Below are positions 15,901 through 23,624 of a stretch of DNA of 64,000 bases, piece by piece; the first letter of the stretch is position 1; the number at the start of each line of letters is the position of its first letter. The notes under the pieces are model-generated. The model searched no databases. It was not told where the DNA came from and saw only the letters and a program-made list of their open reading frames with translations. Position numbers and translations under genes: made by a program. Origin of the DNA: Rhodothermales bacterium (lineage in GTDB: Bacteria; Bacteroidota; Rhodothermia; Rhodothermales; Bin80); contig OZ244823.1 of the NCBI GenBank assembly GCA_965220365.1, forward strand, positions 81,650-145,649. Direction: 5' to 3'.

Positions 15901-18900
15901 GGTTGTAATCGTGCCCGTACCCTCCAGCGAATTCGCTGCAATCGTGATGGAGGCCAGACCGCCATAGTCCCCCTTCTCTGCCGTGCCCGGCGTCTGCGTC
16001 AGCGGAATCGTCACCGAAGTGGGTAATGCTCCAGAAAGCGTCGCCGTCACCGTCACCGAACTTCCCTCGTCCACCGGATTCGGATTTGCAGATAGATGTA
16101 CCGCAGGCTTCTCACGGATCGTTACCAGCACCGAAGACGGCGTTCCTTCCACAACCTCGGAAGGCAAATCCCCCAGGGCTACCGTGAACGTCTCATCGTC
16201 AAAATCCGTATCCCGCACGGTTGTAATCGTGCCCGTACCTGCCTCCGCATTGGCCGCAATCGTGATGGAGGCCAGACTGCCATAGTCCCCCGCCTCCGCC
16301 GTACCCGGCGTCAACGTCAACGGAATCACTGCCGCCGTGGGCAATGCGCGGGACAGCGTCGCCGTCACCGTCACCGCCTTTCCTTCGTCCACCGGATTCG
16401 GACTTGCAAATAAGCTTACCGTAGGCGTATCGAGATCCGTAATCGTTACCTCCACCGAAGACGGCGCTCCTGCCGCAACCCCGGAAGGCAGACTCCCCAG
16501 GGCCACCGTAAACGTCTCATCGTCAGAATCCGTATCCTTCACCGTCGTGATCGTGCCCGTACCCTCCAGCGCATTGGCCGCAATCGTGATGGAGGCCAGA
16601 CTGCCATAGTCCCCCGCCTCCGCCGTACCCGGCGTCAACGTCAACGGAATCACTGCCGCCGTGGGCAATGCGCGGGACAGCGTCGCCGTCACCGTCACCG
16701 CCTTTCCTTCGTCCACCGGATTCGGACTTGCAAATAAGCTTACCGTAGGCGTATCGAGATCCGTAATCGTTACCTCCACCGAAGACGGCGTGCCTGCCGC
16801 AACCCCGGAAGGCAGACTCCCCAGGGCCACCGTAAACGTCTCATCGTCAGAATCCGTATCCCTCACCGTCGTGATCGTGCCCGTACCCTCCAGCGCATTG
16901 GCCGCAATCGTGATGGAGGCCAGACTGCCATAGTCCCCCTTCTCTGCCGTGCCCGGTGTCAGCGTCAGCGGAATTGTCACCGCGGCAGGCAACGCGCGGG
17001 ACAGCCTCGCCGTCACCGTCACCGCCTTTCCCTCGTCCACCGGATTCGGATTTGCAGATAAGCTTACCGTAGGCGTATCGAGATCCGTAATCGTTACCTC
17101 CACCGAAGACGGCGCTCCTGCCGCAACCCCGGAAGGCAGACTCCCCAGGGCCACCGTGAACGTCTCATCGTCAAAATCCGTATCCCGCACGGTTGTAATC
17201 GTGCCCGTACCCTCCAGCGCATTGGCCGCAATCGTGATGGAGGCCAGACTGCCATAGTCCCCCTTCTCCGCCGTGCCCGGCGTCAACGTCAGCGGAATTG
17301 TCACCGCGGCAGGCAACGCGCTGGACAGCGTCGCCGTTACCGTCACCGAACTCCCCTCGTCCACCGGCGTGGTCGCCGATAGATGTACTGCAGGCGTCAC
17401 CGGAGGCGTATCCAAATCTGTAATCTCTACCTCCTCCGAGGACGGCGATCCTTCCACAACCTCGGAGGGCAAATCCCCCAGGGCCACCGTGAACGTCTCA
17501 TCGTCAAAATCCGTATCCCGCACGGTTGTAATCGTGCCCGTACCCTCCAGCGAATTCGCCGCAATCGTGATGGAGGCCAGACTGCCGTAGTCCCCCTTCT
17601 CTGCTGTACCCGGCGTCAGCGTCAACGGAATCGTCATCGAAGTCGACAACGCGCTGGAAAGCGTCGCCGTTACCGTCACCGAACTCCCCTCTTTCACCGG
17701 ATTCGGACTTGCAGATAAGCTTACCGTAGGCGTATCGAGATCCGTAATCGTTACCAGCTCCGAAGACGGCGATCCCGCCGCAACCTCGGAAGGCAGACTC
17801 CCCAGGGCAACCGTGAACGTCTCATCGTCAAAATCCGTATCCCGCACGGTTGTAATCGTGCCCGTACCCTCCAGCGAATTCGCCGCAATCGTGATGGAGG
17901 CCAGACTGCCGTAGTCCCCCTTCTCTGCTGTGCCCGGCGTCAGCGTCAACGGAATTGTCACCGCGGCAGGCAACGCGCTGGAAAGCCTCGCCGTTACCGT
18001 CACCGCCTTTCCCTCGTCCACCGGATTCGGACTTGCAGATAAGCTTACTGTAGGCGTATCGAGATCCGTAATCGTTACCAGCTCCGAAGACGGCGATCCC
18101 GCCGCAACCTCGGAAGGCAGACTCCCCAGGGCCACCGTAAACGTCTCATCGTCAGAATCCGTATCCCTCACCGTCGTGATCGTGCCCGTACCCTCCAGCG
18201 CATTGGCCGCAATCGTGATGGAGGCCAGACTGCCATAGTCCCCCTTCTCTGCCGTGCCCGGTGTCAGCGTCAGCGGAATTGTCACCGCGGCAGGCAACGC
18301 GCGGGAAAGCCTCGCCGTCACCGTCACCGCCTTTCCCTCGTCCACCGGATTCGGACTTGCAGATAAGCTTACTGTAGGCGTATCGAGATCCGTAATCGTT
18401 ACCAGCTCCGAAGACGGCGATCCCGCCGCAACCTCGGAAGGCAGACTCCCCAGGGCAACCGTGAACGTCTCATCGTCAAAATCCGTATCCCGCACGGTTG
18501 TAATCGTGCCCGTACCCTCCAGCGAATTCGCCGCAATCGTGATGGAGGCCAGACCGCCATAGTCCCCCTTCTCCGCCGTGCCCGGCGTCAACGTCAGCGG
18601 AATCGTCACCGCGGCGGGTAATGCCTGGGAAAGCGTCGCCGTCACCGTCACCGAACTTCCCTCGTCCACCGGATTCGGATTTGCAGATAAGCTTACCGCA
18701 GGCTTCTCACGGATCGTTACCAGCACCGAAGACGGCGTGCCTGCCACAACCTCGGAAGGCAGACTCCCCAGGGCAACCGTGAACGTCTCATCATCAGAAT
18801 CCGCATCCTTCACCGTCGTGATCGTGCCCGTACCCGTCAGCGCATTGGCCGCAATCGTGATGGAGGCCAAACTGCCATAATCCCCCGTCTCCGCGGGATC

Positions 18901-21900
18901 AACAGCCCCGGGCCGGTACGTCAACGGAATCGTCACCGCGGCGGGTAATGCTCCAGAAAGCCTCGCCGTCACCGTCACCGCATCTCCCTCGTCCACCGGG
19001 TTCGGATTTGCTGATAGTGTAATTGTCGGCTTCTCGCTGATCGTTACCAGCACCGAGGTTGGCGCCCCTGCCACAACCGTGGATGGCAAACTACTTGCAT
19101 CAATCTCCAGCGTAAACGTATCGTCATCGGAATCCGTATCTGGATAGGTTTGGATCGTTCCCCTAGCTACCCCACTGCCCGGGAGAAGCGGAACTGATAT
19201 TGAGCGTAAGTTGCCGTAGTCTTCCTGCTCTGCCGTTACGGGGATCAATGTCAGCGGAATTCTCTCTCCCCTTGGAAGCGGCGTTCCCACGAGCATTACC
19301 GTCACCTCTAGATCATCCCCCTCACCCACCGACGTGGTCGCAGACAAACTCACTGCCGGCTTGTCTGTAATCGCCACTTCCTGTAATATCATATCCCCTA
19401 CCCGAACACGAGGATCTATGGTATGTTCGTCAATCAACACTGTAAATGTCTCGTCCCCAGAGTCCGCATCTTCCGGTATAAAAAAGTCTTTACTGCCAGA
19501 ATACCCCTTCGTCGGGATTGTAATAATGACCCTCTGAGGGGGTGAGCCATAGTCTTGAGGTTGGGCTGTGCCGGAGATAAACATTACGGGAACCTGCACC
19601 TCGGTGTCAAACGGGGATGAAGGCGGAGGAACAAGTGCGACACTCAGACTTAACTCCGAACCCTCTGGTACCGCATTCGGGGACGCATACAACACTATTG
19701 TCGGCTTCTCATCATCTGTGATTGTAATCAGAGCGGATTTTGGATTCCCTGCGACAACCGTAGACGGTAGGCTACTCTCATTGAGAACTACCGTGAATGT
19801 CTCATCTTCCTTGTCGTTCACGTCCGACTCTTGGGGGATCATGATCGTCCCTGTTCCAGACAGAACACCCCCAAGAATCGTAATACTCGGCAAAATGCCA
19901 TAGTCACCCACTTCCGCCGTCCCAGCGGTCAGCGTCAGCGGAATGATCATATCCGTAACCAGATCCTTCGAAGTCGTCACTGTAATCACTACGCCCGAGC
20001 CCGTCCCTTCCAATACCGGGTTCGGAAATGCTGTCAGTGTGATCGTAGGCTTGTCATCGTCGATGATCGTGACCAGCACAGATTTTGGGTCTACCGCAAC
20101 GACTGTAGATGGTAACCCACTTTCATCAATCGCCACCGTAAAGGTCTCATCCTCCCAATCGGTTACATCCGACTCCTGGGGAACCATAATGGTTCCGGTC
20201 CCCGTCTTAACACTCCCGTTCCCGGGGATTGTTATACTTGACAGCGCACCGTAGTCACCGGCCTCTGCTGTCCCGGCAGTCAATATTAATGGAATCACTA
20301 CATCACTCGCCGGATCTTCGGAAATCGTTGCGGTGACGGTGACCGATTGGCCCTCCTCCACAGAGTTTGGAGATGCCGACAATGTAATCGTTGGCTTATC
20401 ATCGTCGGTGATCGTGATCAAAGCTGACTTCGGGTTCCCTATGACGACCGTAGCCGGAAGATTGCTCTCATCAATCATTACCGTAAAGGTCTCGTCCTCC
20501 CAATCGGTTACATCCGACTCCTGGGGGATCACGATCATCCCCATCCCGGTCGTTGCACTCCCAGTCCCAGGGATCGTGATATCTGACAGTGCACCGTAGT
20601 CGCCAGCTTCCGCCGTCCCAGCAGTTAATATTAATGGAATCACTACATCACTTGCAGGATCCTCCGAGAGCGTCACCGTAACTTTAACTGATTGGCCCTC
20701 GCTTACCGGGTTAGGAGATGCCGACAAACGGATCGTTGGCTTATCATCGTCGGTGATCGTGACCAGCACGGATTTTGGGGCTACCGCAACGACCGTAGAT
20801 GGTAAACCACTTTCATTAATCGCTACCATAAAGGTCTCATCCTCCCAATCGGTTACATCCGACTCCTGGGGAATCATAATGGTTCCGGTCCCCGTCATAA
20901 CACTCCCGGCCCCGGGAATCGTGATGGTTGACAGCGTACCGTAGTCGCCAGCTTCCGCCGTCCCGGCAGTCAATGTTAATGGAATCACCACATCACTGGC
21001 AGGATCCTCCGAGAGCATCACCGTAACTGTAACCGACTGGCCCTCGCTCACCGGGTTTGGGGATGCAGACAGATGTACCGTCGGCTTGTCATCATCGATG
21101 ATCGTGACCAGCACGGATTTTGGGTCTACCGCAACGACCGTAGATGGTAACCCACTTTCATCAATCGCCACCGTAAAGGTCTCATCCTCCCAATCGGTTA
21201 CATCCGACTCCTGGGGGATCACGATCGTCCCCATCCCGGTCGTTGCGCTCCCAGTCCCAGGGATCGTGATATCTGGCAGTGCACCGTAGTCGCCAGCTTC
21301 CGCCGCCCCGGCAGTCAATATTAATGGAATCACTACATCACTTGCCGGATCTTCGGAAATCGTTGCGGTGACCGTAACGGAGCCGCCCTCGTTTACTGGA
21401 TTGGGAGAGGCCGATAAATTGACGGTCACCTTATCATCATCTATGATGGTGACCTCAACCTCAGACGGATCTCCTGCCGCCACCCCCTGCGGTAGTCTCC
21501 CCAATACCACCATAAAGGTTTCATCGTCCTGCTCGGCATTGTCTTCTAACGTGGAGAGAATGAACCGGCCGCTTGTCGCGTTCCCGGCCCCACGGATCGT
21601 GATAAAGCCCCCGGATATACTCCCGTAATCGCTCGATTCCGCTGTACCCGCTATGATCTTAAACGAAATCTCCACATCATTGACTGGATCCTCTGAAATT
21701 GTTGCGGTGATTGTGACCTGTTCGCCCTCGTCTACAGGGTTTGGAGATGCCGACAATGTGACCTTCGGTCTATCATTATCCTTGAAGTGAAGCTCTACAT
21801 AACCTGTCCTCCGAACTGTACCTCCCAGAACTTCTACATCAATGTGCAGCGTACCGTCGGTGTCGATTTTGTTGTTGTCCGCATGGGACACCGTGACCAC

Positions 21901-23496
21901 CTGATCTGTGCTCCAATTTGATTTCGTGAACTCCAATTCCTCCTTGTCAAGAGTCACGGGGATCGCTTCGCCGGATCGCTGCGATAACCGCACACGCACT
22001 TTTCTTCCTAAAGGCGGCCCAGTCAACTGAATACTGAACGTCTCACTTGAACCCTCTTGAAATGGATCAATCACCGGTGGGCTCAACACCGGCTTGGGAC
22101 GTGCACTGTCCAGAATCGTCACCTCTACTGATTTCGGATTCCCTGCAACGACCGTAGATGGTAACCCACTTTCATCAATCGCCAACGTGAACAACTCATC
22201 GTCCCTGTCATTGGCATCTGCCTCAGTGGGAATCGTAAGCGTTCCATTCGCGCTTGTAAGATTCCGGGCCCCGGGAATCGTGATGGTTGGCAACGGACCG
22301 TAGTCGCCGACTTCCGCGGAACCCCCAGGAAGGACTGTTAGCGGAACGATCACATCTGTCGCCAGATCTTCCGAAATCGCCGCCGTGATTGTAACTGATC
22401 CACCCTCGTCTACAGGGTTTGGAGATGCCGACAATGTGACCTTCGGTCTATCATTATCCTTGAAGTGAAGCTCTACATAACCTGTCCTCCGAACTGTACC
22501 TCCCAGAACTTCTACATCAATGTGCAGCGTACCGTCGGTGTCGATTTTGTTGTTGTCCGCATGGGACACCGTGACCACCTGATCTGTGCTCCAATTTGAT
22601 TTCGTGAACTCCAATTCCTCCTTGTCAAGAGTCACGGGGATCGCTTCGCCGGATCGCTGCGATAACCGCACACGCACTTTTCTTCCTAAAGGCGGCCCAG
22701 TCAACTGGATACTGAACGTCTCACTTGAACCCTCTTGAAATGGATCAATCACCGGTGGGCTCAACACCGGCTTGGGACGTGCATTATCCAGAATCGTGAC
22801 ATCTACCCATTTCTGATGCCCTGGAACCACCGTAAGCGACAGTCTTGTCTCATCAATCTCCACCGTAAATTCCTCATCATCATTGTCATTGGCATCTGTT
22901 TCAACGGGAATCGTAAGCGTTCCATTCGCGCTTGTACTATTCCCGGGAATCGTGATGGTTGGCAACGGACCATAGTCACTTGGTTCTGCACTGCCCCCAG
23001 CCCTAACCACCAAAGGAACCACTACATCCGTAGACAAAGACTGCGAAATCGTCGCCGTGATCTTGACCGATCCCCCCTCATCCACTATGGTTGGAGACCC
23101 TGCCAATGTGACGGTCACGATATCATCTGGAAACAATCCCGGAATCGTTGCCCTCCACCCGGAGAACCCTTCTGTCACCGGATTCAATACCTGCTTTGAT
23201 ATCCCTGTCAGCGTATCATGACTCGTAGTCTGTGAACTTCCCGAAACACCGAAATAATATAGCCGCTTGCTCTTCTCAACTCCTAGCAGTCCACGGACTG
23301 CTAGGTTATACCTGTCTTGTGCAAACGCAACTCTCTGTGGAGTGGAGAGACTGAAGGAGGTTGTAACTGCGAGGTCTGTGCTAGGCTCAGAGACTATTTG
23401 AACACCAATTTTGCCAAATTCGGTGGATACACTGCCAACTTGGCAAACAATTATTAATGCGATCATATACATATCTCGTCTCGCATGTAAGGCCAA
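9970..23496 (-). CDS. Giant (4,508-aa ORF) Calx-beta-repeat adhesin-like protein with a C-terminal autotransporter (type Va-like) beta-barrel
   Basis: I count 31 modules carrying the D-[DE]-[ET]-F Calx-beta hallmark (e.g. GDYGSLASITIAANALEGTGTITTVRDTDSDDETFTVAL), including two canonical Calx-beta units near the C-terminus. Five modules of a second type are also present (LxFTxxNWxxxQxVT). A linker helix is followed by about 330 aa of alternating-pattern barrel (WGRGAF...GADYRW...ends QGMLRY). The ORF opens at TTG 23496; ATGs at 23472 and 23466 (MYMIALIIVCQVGSV) are more plausible starts. Confidence 0.85.
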   Translation of the reverse strand: MALHARRDMYMIALIIVCQVGSVSTEFGKIGVQIVSEPSTDLAVTTSFSLSTPQRVAFAQDRYNLAVRGLLGVEKSKRLYYFGVSGSSQTTSHDTLTGISKQVLNPVTEGFSGWRATIPGLFPDDIVTVTLAGSPTIVDEGGSVKITATISQSLSTDVVVPLVVRAGGSAEPSDYGPLPTITIPGNSTSANGTLTIPVETDANDNDDEEFTVEIDETRLSLTVVPGHQKWVDVTILDNARPKPVLSPPVIDPFQEGSSETFSIQLTGPPLGRKVRVRLSQRSGEAIPVTLDKEELEFTKSNWSTDQVVTVSHADNNKIDTDGTLHIDVEVLGGTVRRTGYVELHFKDNDRPKVTLSASPNPVDEGGSVTITAAISEDLATDVIVPLTVLPGGSAEVGDYGPLPTITIPGARNLTSANGTLTIPTEADANDRDDELFTLAIDESGLPSTVVAGNPKSVEVTILDSARPKPVLSPPVIDPFQEGSSETFSIQLTGPPLGRKVRVRLSQRSGEAIPVTLDKEELEFTKSNWSTDQVVTVSHADNNKIDTDGTLHIDVEVLGGTVRRTGYVELHFKDNDRPKVTLSASPNPVDEGEQVTITATISEDPVNDVEISFKIIAGTAESSDYGSISGGFITIRGAGNATSGRFILSTLEDNAEQDDETFMVVLGRLPQGVAAGDPSEVEVTIIDDDKVTVNLSASPNPVNEGGSVTVTATISEDPASDVVIPLILTAGAAEAGDYGALPDITIPGTGSATTGMGTIVIPQESDVTDWEDETFTVAIDESGLPSTVVAVDPKSVLVTIIDDDKPTVHLSASPNPVSEGQSVTVTVMLSEDPASDVVIPLTLTAGTAEAGDYGTLSTITIPGAGSVMTGTGTIMIPQESDVTDWEDETFMVAINESGLPSTVVAVAPKSVLVTITDDDKPTIRLSASPNPVSEGQSVKVTVTLSEDPASDVVIPLILTAGTAEAGDYGALSDITIPGTGSATTGMGMIVIPQESDVTDWEDETFTVMIDESNLPATVVIGNPKSALITITDDDKPTITLSASPNSVEEGQSVTVTATISEDPASDVVIPLILTAGTAEAGDYGALSSITIPGNGSVKTGTGTIMVPQESDVTDWEDETFTVAIDESGLPSTVVAVDPKSVLVTIIDDDKPTITLTAFPNPVLEGTGSGVVITVTTSKDLVTDMIIPLTLTAGTAEVGDYGILPSITILGGVLSGTGTIMIPQESDVNDKEDETFTVVLNESSLPSTVVAGNPKSALITITDDEKPTIVLYASPNAVPEGSELSLSVALVPPPSSPFDTEVQVPVMFISGTAQPQDYGSPPQRVIITIPTKGYSGSKDFFIPEDADSGDETFTVLIDEHTIDPRVRVGDMILQEVAITDKPAVSLSATTSVGEGDDLEVTVMLVGTPLPRGERIPLTLIPVTAEQEDYGNLRSISVPLLPGSGVARGTIQTYPDTDSDDDTFTLEIDASSLPSTVVAGAPTSVLVTISEKPTITLSANPNPVDEGDAVTVTARLSGALPAAVTIPLTYRPGAVDPAETGDYGSLASITIAANALTGTGTITTVKDADSDDETFTVALGSLPSEVVAGTPSSVLVTIREKPAVSLSANPNPVDEGSSVTVTATLSQALPAAVTIPLTLTPGTAEKGDYGGLASITIAANSLEGTGTITTVRDTDFDDETFTVALGSLPSEVAAGSPSSELVTITDLDTPTVSLSASPNPVDEGKAVTVTARLSRALPAAVTIPLTLTPGTAEKGDYGSLASITIAANALEGTGTITTVRDTDSDDETFTVALGSLPSEVAAGSPSSELVTITDLDTPTVSLSASPNPVDEGKAVTVTARLSSALPAAVTIPLTLTPGTAEKGDYGSLASITIAANSLEGTGTITTVRDTDFDDETFTVALGSLPSEVAAGSPSSELVTITDLDTPTVSLSASPNPVKEGSSVTVTATLSSALSTSMTIPLTLTPGTAEKGDYGSLASITIAANSLEGTGTITTVRDTDFDDETFTVALGDLPSEVVEGSPSSEEVEITDLDTPPVTPAVHLSATTPVDEGSSVTVTATLSSALPAAVTIPLTLTPGTAEKGDYGSLASITIAANALEGTGTITTVRDTDFDDETFTVALGSLPSGVAAGAPSSVEVTITDLDTPTVSLSANPNPVDEGKAVTVTARLSRALPAAVTIPLTLTPGTAEKGDYGSLASITIAANALEGTGTITTVRDTDSDDETFTVALGSLPSGVAAGTPSSVEVTITDLDTPTVSLFASPNPVDEGKAVTVTATLSRALPTAAVIPLTLTPGTAEAGDYGSLASITIAANALEGTGTITTVKDTDSDDETFTVALGSLPSGVAAGAPSSVEVTITDLDTPTVSLFASPNPVDEGKAVTVTATLSRALPTAAVIPLTLTPGTAEAGDYGSLASITIAANAEAGTGTITTVRDTDFDDETFTVALGDLPSEVVEGTPSSVLVTIREKPAVHLSANPNPVDEGSSVTVTATLSGALPTSVTIPLTQTPGTAEKGDYGGLASITIAANSLEGTGTITTVRDTDSDDETFTVALGDLPSEVVAGTPSSELVTITDLDTPTVSLSASPNPVKEGSSVTVTATLSSALSTSMTIPLTLTPGTAEKGDYGSLASITIAANSLEGTGTITTVRDTDFDDETFTVALGSLPSEVAAGSPSSELVTITDLDTPTVSLSASPNPVKEGSSVTVTATLSSALSTSMTIPLTLTPGTAEKGDYGSLASITIAANSLEGTGTITTVRDTDFDDETFTVALGDLPSEVVEGSPSSEEVEITDLDTPPVTPAVHLSATTPVNEGSSVTVTATLSQALPAAVTIPLTYRPGAVDPAETGDYGSLASITIAANALTGTGTITTVKDADSDDETFTVALGSLPSEVVAGTPSSVLVTIREKPAVSLSANPNPVDEGSSVTVTATLSQALPAAVTIPLTLTPGTAEKGDYGGLASITIAANSLEGTGTITTVRDTDFDDETFTVALGDLPSEVAAGSPSSELVTIRDTPTVSLSASPNPVKEGSSVTVTATLSSALSTSMTIPLTLTPGTAEKGDYGSLASITIAANSLTGTGTITTVKDADSDDETFTVALGDLPSEVVAGTPSSVLVTIRDTPTVSLSASPNPVDEGEDVTVTARLSRALPTAAVIPLTLTPGTAEAGDYGSLASITIAANSLEGTGTITTVKDADSDNETFTVALGDLPSEVAAGTPSSVGVEITDLDTPAVILPNVSLSASPNPVGEGSSVTVTATLSSALPAAVTIPLTYRPGAVDPAEPNDYVPVSEITIISGSGSGTAVVRTTPDNISEGGERFVVALGTLPADVEAGHPSEVEITIIDDDDPPPVEVTLSVDPEVVDEGDPVTVRVTLANPLETAVTIPLAYTPYTSEPGDYIELKQVTVAGEETEGTGQIVTIADTDTQDERFIVSLGDLDPAVLEPGLESSHWVTIRDRVPPEVVRVDLFASTNPVAEGEAVTVTVKLSEELPAAVTIPLVLTPGSADAQDYHAAAPMQVRIEREETSGTYVIRTTPDEIDEEDETFTVRVGALPEGMVAGDSLDITIEDDDAVGIEASPSISLLEGGTEEYRFSLASEPLGAVTVTMDWPRGTDLTVSPITRIFTPSDWNEPQQVTLTADEDDDISPDRVEVTLRATGADYTGEVYVLQVTIIDKDTPGIVAPHAVRIEEETDSEFGVHLSAKPSGTVTVTVSGFAGELTASPTRLSFTTTNWETPQTVTLTAGHDDDVVDDSETLTLTADGGGYAGIEHRVTVTVEDNDEAEIVAPAEVTMAEGTQSALEVRLSAEPSGTVTIALTGHAGTQLTLDRASLTFTTTNWKTSQTVTLTAAEDDNDEEDQVRLLLTASGGGYNGVSHTTQVTITDKGPVTISIWSQQGSENAGRLQLPIELSRATDQVVTVQYASSDDTAEAGLDYTASRGVVIFDPGATRGVVEIAIIDDELPEDDETFRVTLSNARNATIARGTGTGTILDDDQSAAALRVEDARVLEEEAEVRFRVLLSQPQREMVSAQYRTRDGTARAGEDYQASSGVVTLAPGTTEAMIAVPLLKGGLDWGQETFTLHLSSSEHARIEKAVGVATIQESTTVSERVLEAYAARFVRTSSVQVVEALGDRFRSAADGAACTALERAEMAQLWYSRWDPSPGELLAGCRMSESMLLPGGSLSVWGRGAFRQFNGQQPLTLRGEVTTAMLGADYRWRGGWLAGVLLAHSRGDGSFEVENESGDITSALTGIYPYASYTRAGWEVWLSGGAGRGQAEVSELDAEMTTRFGAMGMRGTLASGGSARLRYHGDLLVTGAEIEEHAITAEVVRVRVGLEASAQITKGIRPYVEANVRQDGGSAETGTGLELGGGVRFASPAWRLRGEVRTQGLVMHTADGFTEWGFSGSLQVGNRSEGLTMSLRPSWGRAQGMSMYRQQTILDAVPIGAGRQRTDLELGYGIPWKEGTARSVMGVTQLPGGRMYRLGGQLRPWERLSVSIFGLAHRRNAAPGDIGVNVQGMLRY
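13830..19030 (-). repeat. About 16 head-to-tail copies of a 324-bp (108-aa) coding repeat with higher-order identical blocks
   Basis: Antisense ORFs in the track recur with a 324-nt period (16337/16661; 16949/17273; 17930/18254/18578). Identical 100-111-aa antisense ORFs occur at 14675 vs 18578 and at 15112 vs 17383. Confidence 0.9.
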
Positions 23497-23624
23497 CCCG
23501 CCGTGTATCCGTGGACAAAGTTGAAGTTCCAGGAATTCCAGTAGAAAACTCTGATTAATCCGGGTAGCTTCTTTTCCTGGACCACAGACATTGATTACCG
23601 AGCCATGCGACAGGTTTCATTTGA

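Noticed and set aside
13830-19030. Regular periodicity that could suggest a CRISPR array
   Set aside because: The unit is 324 nt, contiguous with no unique spacers, and lies in frame inside a single ORF. It is a coding tandem repeat, not repeat-spacer architecture.
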